Below are positions 54,757-64,000 of a stretch of 64,000 bases of DNA, piece after piece. The DNA is from Patescibacteria group bacterium. GTDB lineage: Bacteria > Patescibacteriota > Minisyncoccia > Phycocordibacterales > WO2-35-19. The DNA is taken from positions 1,768 to 65,767 of the forward strand of contig JBBTSI010000011.1 of NCBI GenBank assembly GCA_038064735.1, given 5' to 3'. The position numbers and the translations under genes are program-made. A model generated the notes under the pieces. It was not told where the DNA came from, did not search any database, and saw nothing but the letters and a program-made list of their open reading frames with translations. The stretch's first letter is position 1. Each line of letters begins with the position of its first letter.

Positions 54757-56073
54757 TTAGACTTTCAAAATATTTTTGAAGCGGGATTCGTCTTTGTATT
54801 TGCCGACAATAGCAAGATTGAGTTTTTTGTTTTGAATTATTTCTTTGGCGACTTTGGCGATATCGTTAGCTGTAATTTTCTCAATTTCTTTTTCAACATC
54901 TTTTGGGTTTTTAATTTTCTGTTTAAATATTTCTTGAGCACCATAAAAGTTGGCCAGAGAATCTGAAGATTCTAAACCTAAATACAAATTGCCCAACAAA
55001 TAATCTTTAGTTTTGCGAAGTTCTGCTTCCGAAACTTTTTCATCTCTGATTCTTACAAACTCTTCCAAAATACCTTTGATACCTTCTTCTACTCTACTAG
55101 AATCAACTCCAGCCGAAACAATAAATGAACCGTGGTCAGTCAAGTCATTCACCCCAGCTTTGACATAATAACAAATACCAAGCTGGTCTCTCATTTTTTG
55201 GAATAGGCGGGAGCTCATACCTTTACCGAGCATAGCAGACAAAACATTAAGTATTGGCATCCTTTTATCATAAAGATCAAAAGCCCTGAAACCGAGCACC
55301 AAATGGGTTTGATCGGTCTCTTTAAACTTCAATCCAACCGATGGTCCAGTTTGCTTTTCAACAACTTTCTTTTTGGTAGTTTTTTTGCCGATTGGTATCT
55401 CTCTAAAAGCTTTAGCGACTTTTTTGAAAATATCATTTGCATCCACATCACCAGCTACCACGATAGTCGTAGCTTTTGCTACATAATGTTGTTTACGATA
55501 ATTGACGAAATCTTTCCTAGTAAAGCCTCTTACATTTTCTCTAGTACCCGCCACACTCCATCCAGCCGGTTGGTCGCCATAAAGTAATCCATCAAAAACT
55601 TCGTGTACCATTATCTGAGGCAAATCTTCATACATATTTATTTCTTCCACAATCACCCCTTTTTCAATTTCCAAATCTTTTTCCGGAAAAGTCGGATTGA
55701 GATACATATCAGCAATGAGGTCTAGCATTTTTTCAGTGTGTTTCGGATGTGCTTTGCCCCAATAACCCGTCACTTCCTGAGAAGTGAAAGCGTTGTTTTG
55801 AGCACCCAGAGCATCAAACTCTTTGGCGATATCTCCAGCACTTGGTCTCTTGTTAGTACCTTTGAAACACATATGTTCCAGAAAGTGTGAGATGCCGTTG
55901 TTCTGTTTGTTTTCGTATTTGGAACCAGCTTCAATCAAAGACATGACAGTCACCGAAGGTGCACCCTTGATTGGCACCACCATTATCCGCAAACCATTAT
56001 TCAAAACTTTTTTCTTGTAATCCATGTCTTTAATATTAGATTGATAGTGGCGTAAATATAACCTTAAACTCAC
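54757..56073 (-). CDS. M16-family zinc peptidase (pitrilysin/insulinase-like).
   Basis: Inverted zinc motif HFLEHMCFKGT, and a downstream Glu in the EEI context. Confidence 0.8.
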   Translation of the reverse strand: MSLRLYLRHYQSNIKDMDYKKKVLNNGLRIMVVPIKGAPSVTVMSLIEAGSKYENKQNNGISHFLEHMCFKGTNKRPSAGDIAKEFDALGAQNNAFTSQEVTGYWGKAHPKHTEKMLDLIADMYLNPTFPEKDLEIEKGVIVEEINMYEDLPQIMVHEVFDGLLYGDQPAGWSVAGTRENVRGFTRKDFVNYRKQHYVAKATTIVVAGDVDANDIFKKVAKAFREIPIGKKTTKKKVVEKQTGPSVGLKFKETDQTHLVLGFRAFDLYDKRMPILNVLSAMLGKGMSSRLFQKMRDQLGICYYVKAGVNDLTDHGSFIVSAGVDSSRVEEGIKGILEEFVRIRDEKVSEAELRKTKDYLLGNLYLGLESSDSLANFYGAQEIFKQKIKNPKDVEKEIEKITANDIAKVAKEIIQNKKLNLAIVGKYKDESRFKNILKV

Positions 56074-56120
56074 CCAAAATCAAATTTGGTAATGTTATCT
56101 TTTTATTGTAAAATAGGGGT

Positions 56121-57746
56121 ATGACCTCAAACGAAATCAGAAAAAAATATTTGGAATTTTTTGAGAGCAAAGGACACAAAATAATCCCGAGCGCTTCCTT
56201 AATTCCTGAAAATGACCCAACGGTGCTTTTCACTACAGCCGGTATGCACCCGCTCGTGCCTTTTCTTTTGGGAGAAAAACATCCAGCAGGACAGAGACTG
56301 ACCAATATTCAAAAATGCATCCGCACTGGCGACATTGATGAAGTAGGGGATGACACTCACCTCACTTTTTTTGAAATGCTCGGTAATTGGTCACTAGGAG
56401 ATTATTGGAAAAAAGAATCGATAACTTGGAGTTTTGAATTTTTGACTCAAGAATTAAAGATAGATTTAGAAAGAATTTCTGTAACTTGTTTTGCAGGAGA
56501 TGAAACTGTACCGAGAGATAATGAATCTGCAGAAATTTGGAAATCACTTGGTATCTCAGAAGAAAAAATAAAATTTTTAGGCAGAGAAGACAACTGGTGG
56601 GGACCAGCAGGAGAAACAGGACCATGCGGACCGGACACCGAAATCTTCGTTGATGGTGTGGAAATTTGGAACAACGTCTTCATGGAATATAACAAAACCA
56701 AAGACGGTGCTTACGAACCACTCGTACAAAAAAATGTGGATACAGGCATGGGACTTGAAAGAACGCTGATGATTTTAAACGGTCAAAAAAATGTTTTCGA
56801 AACAGATTTGTTTGAAGGGTTACTTAAAGACAATAGTAGAGAATCAAAAATTGTTGCCGACCATATCAAAGCTGCTGTCTTCATTTTGTCTGAAGGAATT
56901 GAGCCATCCAACACAGGAGCTGGTTATGTTTTGCGCCGTCTGATTCGTCGCGCGGTCCGTTATAGTAAAGATTTGGATTTAACCAAACTTGCCGAAAAAA
57001 TTATTGAAATTTATAAAGATATTTATCCTGAACTTTTGAAAAATAAAGAAAAGATTTTGGATGAATTAAAAAAAGAAAAAGAAAAATTCGAAAAAACTTT
57101 GGAAAGCGGAATGAAAGAATTTGAAAAGGGGACTGATCCATTTGTTCTTTTCACTTCTTATGGTTTTCCTTTTGAACTTACAAAAGAGCTGGCAAAGGAA
57201 AAAGGAATAGAGATAGATGAAAATAAATTTAATGAAGAATTGAAGAAACACCAAGAACTCTCCCGCACTGCAAGCAGCGGGATGTTCAAAGGCGGGCTTT
57301 CGGATAGTGGGGAAGAGACCAAGAAACTGCACACAGCCACACACCTGCTCCGCAGAGCTCTCGAAGTTATACTTGGCGAATCGATAATGCAGAAGGGTAG
57401 TAATATCACAGCCGAAAGACTTAGGTTTGATTTCAATTGGTCAGAAAAAATCTCAGAAGAACAATTAAAAAAAGTTGAGGATTTGGTTAATGAAAAAATA
57501 AAAGAAGAAATTCCAGTAGAAATGCTTGAATTACCAAAAGAAGAAGCTCTGAAAGTTGTCGGCACACTCTCTTTTGATTTATCAAAATACGGAGATGTTG
57601 TAAAAGTTTATAAAATTGGGGATTTCAGTGCCGAATTTTGCGGAGGTCCGCACGTCACCAACACTTCCGAGCTCGGCAAATTCAAAATCATCAAAGAAGA
57701 AGCCGTCTCCGCCGGCGTCCGCCGAATAAAAGCAATATTGGAATAG
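56121..57746 (+). CDS. alaS: Alanine--tRNA ligase, compact form (541 aa: catalytic plus editing domains, no C-Ala domain).
   Basis: Class II core FTTAGMHPLVPF ... WWGPAGETGPCGPDTEIF, and editing-domain HTATHLL ... CGGPHV. Confidence 0.85.
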   Translation: MTSNEIRKKYLEFFESKGHKIIPSASLIPENDPTVLFTTAGMHPLVPFLLGEKHPAGQRLTNIQKCIRTGDIDEVGDDTHLTFFEMLGNWSLGDYWKKESITWSFEFLTQELKIDLERISVTCFAGDETVPRDNESAEIWKSLGISEEKIKFLGREDNWWGPAGETGPCGPDTEIFVDGVEIWNNVFMEYNKTKDGAYEPLVQKNVDTGMGLERTLMILNGQKNVFETDLFEGLLKDNSRESKIVADHIKAAVFILSEGIEPSNTGAGYVLRRLIRRAVRYSKDLDLTKLAEKIIEIYKDIYPELLKNKEKILDELKKEKEKFEKTLESGMKEFEKGTDPFVLFTSYGFPFELTKELAKEKGIEIDENKFNEELKKHQELSRTASSGMFKGGLSDSGEETKKLHTATHLLRRALEVILGESIMQKGSNITAERLRFDFNWSEKISEEQLKKVEDLVNEKIKEEIPVEMLELPKEEALKVVGTLSFDLSKYGDVVKVYKIGDFSAEFCGGPHVTNTSELGKFKIIKEEAVSAGVRRIKAILE

Positions 57747-57799
57747 GATTTTTCCACAATATTTATTGTGTATAAACAAAATAGGTTTATAATATAGAC

Positions 57800-59263
57800 A
57801 TGCCAAGAATTCAATTTAGTGATGTTACTCCACCAGAGCGAAGAAGTATTCGCGACATTCCTATACCAAGAGGCGGCAAAAGAAAAGTGCCGACCACAAT
57901 AATCAGACAAGAAGAACCCGCTCCAACAAGAAAAGAGGTTCCTTCTGAAAATTTTCCTATTTCCAATCCAGTCTCAAACTTTAATAAAAATCCTGTTTCA
58001 AACGTCAATATAAACAAGAAAATTTCGGATGTTACTGAAAAGAAAACCAACAGCGCTTACGAATATTATTATCCCAAAGAAAAAATCATTACCGAACAAT
58101 CTGTCCATGAATTTACCAAAAACAAAAAGAAAGCTTGGATATTTGGATCAATAACAGTCATAGTCATCGCTATTTTCATAGTAAGTATGATGACTGTATT
58201 TGCTTCAGCCACTATAGATATCACACCGAAAAACCAAGATATAAACGTAGATATGAAAATAGCCGGTTCTGTAGAAGCTGGATCTAATATAGTCAGATAT
58301 GAAATCATCAAACTTTCCAAATCCGATACAGCTTCAGTACCAGCTACAGGAGAACAAGCAGTGGAACTTAAAGCTTCAGGTAAAATCGTCATTTACAACA
58401 ACTTTTCTACAGAACCTCAAAGACTCATCGTCCGTACCAGGTTTGAAAATTCCGAAGGTCTTATATATAGAATACCAGAATCAGTCGTAGTCCCAGGTAA
58501 AACTGTCAAAGACGGAGTTGAAACACCCGGCAGTATAGAGACGACCGTTTTTGCTGACGAAGCCGGAGACAAATACAATATAAAAAAATCTGACTTCACT
58601 ATTCCCGGATTTAAAAACGACGCTAATCGTTACAAAAACTTTTATGCCAGATCATCCTCAAGTATGAGTGGCGGTTTTGTAGGAATGCAAAAAACTGTGC
58701 TCCCTGCCGACAAACAAACCGCTTTGCAAACTATCGAAACAGAAACAGATGCCAATCTTAAAAAAGAGTTAGAAACAAAAGTGCCGGAAGGTTTGGTTAT
58801 GTTGCCCGATTCAATAAAATTTAAATCTACTGAACTACCCATTAAAGATTCGGGGTCATCTGTGATTATAGGCAAAGAAATTACCGCTTATGCGGTCATG
58901 CTCAATGCGGAAGATTTATCAAAAGTGATAATTGAAGAATACATTTCAAAATTACCAGAATGGAATAATATCAAACCGACAATCAAAGACTTTTCTCTTT
59001 TAAATATGACAGGTTTACCGGAAAATTTGGAGACTAATGGCAAAATAAACTTACAAATAAAGGGTCTTGCCAAAATCTGGGCCGATATAGATGTGAATTC
59101 TATAAGCCAAAAGCTTCTAGGTGCTCCTAAACAAGATGCATCAAAACTACTAGATGAATTTGCTGGCATTTCAACAATAACCTCAACCATTAGACCTATC
59201 TGGAAGCAAACTTTCCCCAAAGATTCAGCGAAAATCCACGTAAAGACCACCTTAAACCAATAA
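57800..59263 (+). CDS. Membrane-anchored extracellular hypothetical protein, 487 aa.
   Basis: Basic, Pro-rich N-terminal tail, one TM segment (WIFGSITVIVIAIFIVSMMTVFA), and a large ectodomain. Confidence 0.45.
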   Translation: MPRIQFSDVTPPERRSIRDIPIPRGGKRKVPTTIIRQEEPAPTRKEVPSENFPISNPVSNFNKNPVSNVNINKKISDVTEKKTNSAYEYYYPKEKIITEQSVHEFTKNKKKAWIFGSITVIVIAIFIVSMMTVFASATIDITPKNQDINVDMKIAGSVEAGSNIVRYEIIKLSKSDTASVPATGEQAVELKASGKIVIYNNFSTEPQRLIVRTRFENSEGLIYRIPESVVVPGKTVKDGVETPGSIETTVFADEAGDKYNIKKSDFTIPGFKNDANRYKNFYARSSSSMSGGFVGMQKTVLPADKQTALQTIETETDANLKKELETKVPEGLVMLPDSIKFKSTELPIKDSGSSVIIGKEITAYAVMLNAEDLSKVIIEEYISKLPEWNNIKPTIKDFSLLNMTGLPENLETNGKINLQIKGLAKIWADIDVNSISQKLLGAPKQDASKLLDEFAGISTITSTIRPIWKQTFPKDSAKIHVKTTLNQ

Positions 59264-59319
59264 GCTTGACATGATAGAGGCTTATATGATAACCTTTTTT
59301 CGTTGTTGTTTCATTTCAA

Positions 59320-59550
59320 ATGGCAGATAAAGAAAGGCAGGAAACAGTAGTTGGCATAATAACGGAAGCGCTTCCGAACGCGCTTTTCCGCGTCAATTTA
59401 CAAGAGAAAGAAATCCTTGCGTACTTGTCTGGTAAAATGAGACTCAACAGAATAAAAGTTTTAATTGGAGATTCTGTGGAGATCGTCTTAGACCCTTACG
59501 GAGGGCGAGGGAGGATTGTGCGCAGACTCGACAATAGACGAGCCAGTTAG
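59320..59550 (+). CDS. infA: Translation initiation factor IF-1.
   Basis: S1-like VVGIITEALPNALFRVNLQEKEILAYLSGKMRLNRIKVLIGDSVEIVLDPY. Confidence 0.85.
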   Translation: MADKERQETVVGIITEALPNALFRVNLQEKEILAYLSGKMRLNRIKVLIGDSVEIVLDPYGGRGRIVRRLDNRRAS

Positions 59551-59565
59551 GCATTAAGGTAAAGT

Positions 59566-59685
59566 ATGAAAGTAAAATCTACAGTAAAAAAGATGTGCTC
59601 AAAATGTGAGTTAGTCCGCCGAGGTGGCGTTTTGTTTGTCGTTTGCAAAAGCAATCCAAAACACAAACAAAGACAAGGGGCATAA
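59566..59685 (+). CDS. rpmJ: 50S ribosomal protein L36 (bL36); not in the supplied ORF track.
   Basis: [39 protein letters not shown] matches the bL36 consensus with its Zn-ribbon C...C...C...H. Confidence 0.85.
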   Translation: MKVKSTVKKMCSKCELVRRGGVLFVVCKSNPKHKQRQGA

Positions 59686-59717
59686 TAATTTTAAATATCA
59701 AATTTCAAATATAAAAA

Positions 59718-60098
59718 ATGAGAATTTTAGGCATTACAATACCAGAAACAAAGAGGCTTGAAATTGGGTTAACCACCCTTTTTGGAGTCGGCCGCTCAGA
59801 AGCCCAAAGAATTTTGGATAAAGCAAAAGTAGATTGGGGCACCACCGCCAAAGATTTAAGCCCAGAAAAAGAAAACGAAATCAGAAAAATCATTGAGAGT
59901 TTGAAAATAGAAGGAGATCTCAAAAGAGAAGTTTCCGGAAATATCAAAAGACTTAAAGATATCAAATGTTACCGTGGAGTCAGACATATGAGAGTTTTGC
60001 CAGTCAGAGGCCAGAGGACCAAGACCAATTCCCGTACTAGAAGAGGTAACACCAGGAAGACTATGGGTACCGGACGCAGAGCAGTTGAGAAGAAATAA
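59718..60098 (+). CDS. rpsM: 30S ribosomal protein S13.
   Basis: MRILGITIPETKRLEIGLTTLFGVGRSEA. Confidence 0.9.
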   Translation: MRILGITIPETKRLEIGLTTLFGVGRSEAQRILDKAKVDWGTTAKDLSPEKENEIRKIIESLKIEGDLKREVSGNIKRLKDIKCYRGVRHMRVLPVRGQRTKTNSRTRRGNTRKTMGTGRRAVEKK

Positions 60099-60110
60099 AA
60101 TACAAATAAC

Positions 60111-60542
60111 ATGGGTAAAAAAAGAATTGTAAAAACAGATACAGAATCAACAGAAAACAGCACCAAAACAGTGGCTGAAGTTTCTGGTAAAAAAAGAGTA
60201 GATGCCGGCATTCTTCATGTCAGATCAACTTACAACAACACCGAGTTAGTTTTGACAGATAAGAAAGGTAACGTCCTCGCTTTTGAATCAAGTGGCAAAC
60301 TTGGATTTAAAGGAGCTAAAAAAGGTACCCCGTTTGCAGCCGCCAAAGTCGGCGAAACCTTAGCTATAAAAGCCGCTACTTTGGGAGTAAAAGAAATATC
60401 AGTTGTGGTCAAAGGTGTTGGTTCAGGTAGAGAATCAGGTATTAGAGGATTTATTTCCAAAGGTATCGCTATCACTTCCATCAAAGATGCGACCCCAGTG
60501 CCTCACAACGGACCTAAACCTAAAAAACCAAGAAGAGTTTAA
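60111..60542 (+). CDS. rpsK: 30S ribosomal protein S11.
   Basis: HVRSTYNNTELVLTDKKGNVLAFESSGKLGFKGAKKGTPFAA. Confidence 0.9.
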   Translation: MGKKRIVKTDTESTENSTKTVAEVSGKKRVDAGILHVRSTYNNTELVLTDKKGNVLAFESSGKLGFKGAKKGTPFAAAKVGETLAIKAATLGVKEISVVVKGVGSGRESGIRGFISKGIAITSIKDATPVPHNGPKPKKPRRV

Positions 60543-60551
60543 TCAAAAAAT

Positions 60552-61169
60552 ATGAAAATCGGACCAAAATACAAAATAGCCCGCAGACTTAGATCTCCAA
60601 TTTTTGAGAAAACTCAAACTCAAAAATTCGTAATGAGAGAAGAGCGCAAAAGTGCTAAAAATAAAAAAAGATCTTTCAATAAACCAAAGACTGATTTCGG
60701 TGCTCAGATGAACGAAAAACAAAAAGCCCGTATGTTTTATTGCGTGACCGAAAAACAATTTGCCAAATACGTAAAACAGAGTTTGGAGAAAAAGACCAGC
60801 TCACCAGTAGTCAATCTTTTGAAGTCTCTCGAACACCGACTTGATAACATTGTTTGGAGAGCTGGCATTTTACCAACACATCTCTCTGCCAGACAAGCTG
60901 TCGCTCACGGACACTTCTTGGTAAACGGTAAAAAAGTTTATGTACCATCATTTTCCGTAAAAGAAGGTGATATCATCACTATCCGCGAGGGAAGCAAAGA
61001 TAGCAAACTTTTCAGTGAATTGGGTAACAAAGAAAAAGAAATCCAATCACCTGATTGGATGGTCTGGAACAAAGACAAAAAAGAACTTTCCATCAAGAGT
61101 GGTTCTTTCACTGAAAAATCTGATTTGATGTTTGATCTCGGCCAAGTCATTGAATATTATCAGAGATAA
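60552..61169 (+). CDS. rpsD: 30S ribosomal protein S4.
   Basis: GPKYKIARRL ... LEHRLDNIVWRAG ... SRQAVAHGHFLVNGKKV (S4 domain). Confidence 0.9.
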   Translation: MKIGPKYKIARRLRSPIFEKTQTQKFVMREERKSAKNKKRSFNKPKTDFGAQMNEKQKARMFYCVTEKQFAKYVKQSLEKKTSSPVVNLLKSLEHRLDNIVWRAGILPTHLSARQAVAHGHFLVNGKKVYVPSFSVKEGDIITIREGSKDSKLFSELGNKEKEIQSPDWMVWNKDKKELSIKSGSFTEKSDLMFDLGQVIEYYQR

Positions 61170-61215
61170 CAGTGTATAATAAATATTTGTTTAATTTTAA
61201 TTAATTTTTAATATT

Positions 61216-62208
61216 ATGATAATGGATAATTTTGATAAAGCTATAGTGTTGCCTTCAAAACCAAAAATTGTTTTGGAAGAAGGGAATAAGGGAGTTTATG
61301 AAATAGACGGATTTTACCCCGGCTATGGATTTACTGTTGGCAATAGTTTGCGTCGTATTATTCTTTCTTCTTTGCCAGGAGCCGCCATCACTTCCGTAAA
61401 AATAAATGGCATTGAGCACGAATTTTCTTCCATTAAAGGAATCAAAGAAGATGTGGTTATGATAATGCTAGGCATCAAGAGACTCCGTATCAAAATGCTT
61501 ACCGATGAACCTCAAATCTTAACTCTCAAAGCTAAAGGCGTCAAAACCGTCACTGCTGCCGATATCGAAACTCCCGGACAAGTGGAAATCATAAACCCAG
61601 AACTCGTCATCGCCACTCTCACCGACAAAGATTCAGTGTTGGATATAGAAATGACAGTTGAGAAAGGCCTTGGTTTCGTTGGTCGCGACAGCCTTGGTAA
61701 AAACAAAGTTGATATCGGCACTATCGTCCTCGATGCCAACTTTACTCCAATCAGAAGAGTCAGTTATGAAGTAGAAAATATGCGCGTTGGTGACCGTACT
61801 GATTTCAACCGTTTGCGCATCTCAATAGAAACTGACGGAAGTACTACCCCAAAAGAATCTCTTGAAAGATCTATCAATCTTATGATAGAACAACTCAAAG
61901 CTATCACCGGCTTTGAAGAAAAAGAGATTGAGTTAGATGAAGAATCTTCAGATGGCAGTTCCAAAAACACAGGCAAAGAAAATGAGGATGCCGAACAAAA
62001 ATTGGATCCTGAATTCCTCAAAACCCGCATCGAAAACCTAAACCTTTCAGCTAGGACACTCAATGCACTTTCCAGCGCCAACATCAGGACTATCGGAGGA
62101 CTCGCCAGAAAGAAAGAAAAAGATATTTTGGAAGTCGAGGGTCTTGGAGCCAAAGGAGTTGCCGAAATTAAAAGAGTTTTAGGTGAGCACGGCATAACAT
62201 TGAAATAA
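61216..62208 (+). CDS. rpoA: DNA-directed RNA polymerase subunit alpha.
   Basis: [30 protein letters not shown], plus a C-terminal alpha-CTD HhH region [22 protein letters not shown]. Confidence 0.9.
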   Translation: [330 protein letters not shown]

Positions 62209-62241
62209 TTTTCAGTTTTCAATTTACAATTTTCAAACAAC

Positions 62242-62589
62242 ATGAGACACCACAACGCAAACAGAAAATTCAGCAGAGTTCGCAAAGTTAGAGTAGCTTT
62301 GATTAATTCACTTGCTCGCTCTTTGATATTGCATCAAAAAATGGAAACCACCGAACCCAAAGCTAAGGAAATCAGACCTTTCGTTGAAAAACTCATAACC
62401 AAAGGCAAACTCCAGACTGTCGCCGCTAGGAGAGATATCAATATTAAAGTCGGACCAAAGGCTACCAAGATAGTGGTAGACGAACTTTCCAAAAAATATG
62501 AAGACCGCAAAGGTGGTTTCCTTAGAATTATAAAAACCAAGAGACGACCTTCAGATGGAAGCAAGATGGCAATAATCGAATTTGTATAA
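62242..62589 (+). CDS. rplQ: 50S ribosomal protein L17.
   Basis: MRHHNANRKFSRVRKVRVALINSLARSL ... TTEPKAKEIRPFVEKLIT. Confidence 0.9.
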   Translation: MRHHNANRKFSRVRKVRVALINSLARSLILHQKMETTEPKAKEIRPFVEKLITKGKLQTVAARRDINIKVGPKATKIVVDELSKKYEDRKGGFLRIIKTKRRPSDGSKMAIIEFV

Positions 62590-62593
62590 AAAC

Positions 62594-62938
62594 ATGGAAC
62601 ACACAATAGACGCACAAAATAAAAAGTTAGGCAGACTCGCAAGCGAAGTGGCTGTTATCTTGATGGGCAAAAATCGTGCCGATTTCGCTCGCAACACCAT
62701 CCCTGAAGTCAAAGTCAAAGTTTCAAACGCCGGCAAAATATTTGTCACTAACAAAAAACAAGAGAGCGAAACCTATATGAACTATTCCGGTTACCCAGGA
62801 GGTCTCAGAGAAAGAAGTATGAAAAAAGTCATCTCCGACAAAGGTATGAAAGAAGTCCTCCGGATTGCAGTCAGAGGTATGTTGCCAAAAAACAAACTCA
62901 GAGATAGGATGATGAAGAATTTAATAATTAGCGAATAA
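62594..62938 (+). CDS. rplM: 50S ribosomal protein L13.
   Basis: DAQNKKLGRLASEVAVILMGKNRADF ... MLPKNKL. Confidence 0.85.
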   Translation: MEHTIDAQNKKLGRLASEVAVILMGKNRADFARNTIPEVKVKVSNAGKIFVTNKKQESETYMNYSGYPGGLRERSMKKVISDKGMKEVLRIAVRGMLPKNKLRDRMMKNLIISE

Positions 62939-62939
62939 A

Positions 62940-63356
62940 ATGGCTACAGAAAAAACAGAAAAAAATAATGAGCGTTATGTTGAAGCTATCGGCAGAAGAA
63001 AGACCGCCGTTGCCAGAGTGCGTATCACTCCTGCTTCCAAAACCACTTTCAAAATAAATGACCGCGATTTGGCTTCATATTTTCCAACAGCAGAAATGTG
63101 CAAGATTGTAGAAGAAGCTTTGAAAACCGCTAAGGTTGGGACTTTCGCTGTTTCCGCTCACGCTAAAGGCGGTGGTATCCACTCTCAAGCTGAAGCAGTC
63201 AGACATGGACTTTCCAGAGCTATCATCAAAAACGACCTGACACTCCGTACCACCATGAAAGTCGCTGGTCTCTTAAAACGCGACCCTCGCGCCAAAGAAC
63301 GCCGCAAATTCGGCCTCAAAAAAGCCCGCAAAGCTCCACAATGGAGCAAGAGATAG
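62940..63356 (+). CDS. rpsI: 30S ribosomal protein S9.
   Basis: AIGRRKTAVARVRITPA, ending in the C-terminal KKARKAPQWSKR. Confidence 0.9.
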   Translation: MATEKTEKNNERYVEAIGRRKTAVARVRITPASKTTFKINDRDLASYFPTAEMCKIVEEALKTAKVGTFAVSAHAKGGGIHSQAEAVRHGLSRAIIKNDLTLRTTMKVAGLLKRDPRAKERRKFGLKKARKAPQWSKR

Positions 63357-63373
63357 GCTCTCAATCAACTTTA

Positions 63374-63402
63374 AAAAACCTCGGCTCAACCCGAGGTTTT
63401 TT
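63374..63402 (+). terminator. Intrinsic terminator after the ribosomal operon.
   Basis: cctcgg-ctcaac-ccgagg followed by TTTTTT. Confidence 0.55.
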
Positions 63403-63467
63403 AATATCAAAAAATGCAATTTTATGGTATAATAGACTTATAACTTTTATAAACTAACCCTAAAACC

Positions 63468-63872
63468 ATGCTCAAAGAATTTAAACAATTTTTGTTAAGA
63501 GGAAATGTGGTTGATTTGGCAGTCGGTGTCGTCATAGGTGCCGCGTTCGGTTCGGTGGTCACCGCTTTGGTTTCAGACCTTTTGACGCCATTTATTTCGG
63601 CCATTGCCAAAGTGCCAGATTTTGGTGGGCTTATTTTCACTTTAAACGACAGTGAATTTAAGTACGGTCATTTCATAAACGCTCTTATTTCATTTATTTT
63701 AGTAGCTATCGCTGTATTTTTCTTTGTAGTCAAACCTATGAACCTGCTCATCGCTCGTTCTCGCAAAGAACCACCAGCCGACCCAACTACCAAAAAGTGC
63801 CCGGAGTGCCTCTCCGAAATTCCTATCTCCGCCAAACGTTGCTCCCACTGTACTCAAGTTCAGATTATATAA
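63468..63872 (+). CDS. mscL: Large-conductance mechanosensitive channel MscL with a C-terminal CxxC...CxxC zinc-ribbon tail.
   Basis: FKQFLLRGNVVDLAVGVVIGAAFGSVVTALVSDLLTP, then a C-terminal KKCPECLSEIPISAKRCSHCTQ. Confidence 0.8.
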   Translation: MLKEFKQFLLRGNVVDLAVGVVIGAAFGSVVTALVSDLLTPFISAIAKVPDFGGLIFTLNDSEFKYGHFINALISFILVAIAVFFFVVKPMNLLIARSRKEPPADPTTKKCPECLSEIPISAKRCSHCTQVQII

Positions 63873-64000
63873 ATAATTTATGTCGAAGACCCTAGCCCCT
63901 CACCTTAGACAAGGTGAGGGGGGTTTCGCTTTAGCGAAACGGGGTGGGGTCTGAAATAAGGCTGGGTCTGACTTGATTTTCCCCCAAAAAAGAGTAAAAT

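Noticed and set aside
1-64000. CRISPR arrays, rRNA genes and alternative genetic code.
   Set aside because: There are no regularly spaced direct repeats and no rRNA-like conserved blocks. Long housekeeping genes (ppdK, leuS, uvrA, typA) read through without internal TGA, which argues against UGA recoding.
63880-64000. GC-rich hairpins at the window end (cccctcacc ... ggtgagggg and gtttcgctttagcgaaac).
   Set aside because: They are probably terminator or REP-like structures downstream of mscL, but they are cut by the window edge and cannot be assigned.

Overview
This window is a low-GC, gene-dense stretch, almost all on the + strand, and it reads like a reduced Patescibacteria/CPR-type genome. 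That placement is inference from gene content only: short DnaX, AlaS, UvrA and UvrC; many small membrane or secreted hypothetical proteins; standard genetic code with no in-frame TGA fragmentation. Recognisable content includes a DEAD-box helicase, an ECF sigma/anti-sigma pair, ddl, dnaX, a DedA-GT2-GT2-PAP2 envelope module, tRNA-Gln(UUG), murB, rdgB, and a run of nucleotide-hydrolase genes (DEDD exonuclease, histidine phosphatase, HD, HIT). It also carries two tandem M14 peptidases, a MacAB-like efflux trio, csp, a SWIB-domain protein, ppdK, typA, pyrD, a short pgi with a ROK glucokinase, the uvrB-uvrA-uvrC block, ychF, leuS, mltG, mnmA, UDG family 4, an M16 peptidase, alaS, and the ribosomal block infA-rpmJ-rpsM-rpsK-rpsD-rpoA-rplQ-rplM-rpsI followed by mscL. 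The strongest finding is a family of short palindromic elements (54-144 nt, each a multiple of 3, with CAGAAAAG...CTTTTCTG-type ends) inserted in frame into uvrB, uvrC and twice into mnmA. The uvrB and uvrC copies share an identical 59-nt core that encodes the same peptide (TDIFLLENSSCSAQSASQG) in two unrelated proteins, which is the behaviour of Rickettsia palindromic elements. A second, unrelated hairpin repeat family (stem-loop plus GGGKGAGTTAT box) sits just upstream of three start codons (pyrD, S51 peptidase, a hypothetical) and brackets a DUF559 Vsr-like endonuclease gene. Other points: a promoter-plus-terminator sRNA candidate, a second noncoding or micro-ORF unit, an identical terminator hairpin reused 32 kb apart, two tiny basic micro-ORFs, a UvrA lacking its insertion domain, and an ATP-cone/Mrr-nuclease fusion whose RBS lies in a long inverted repeat.
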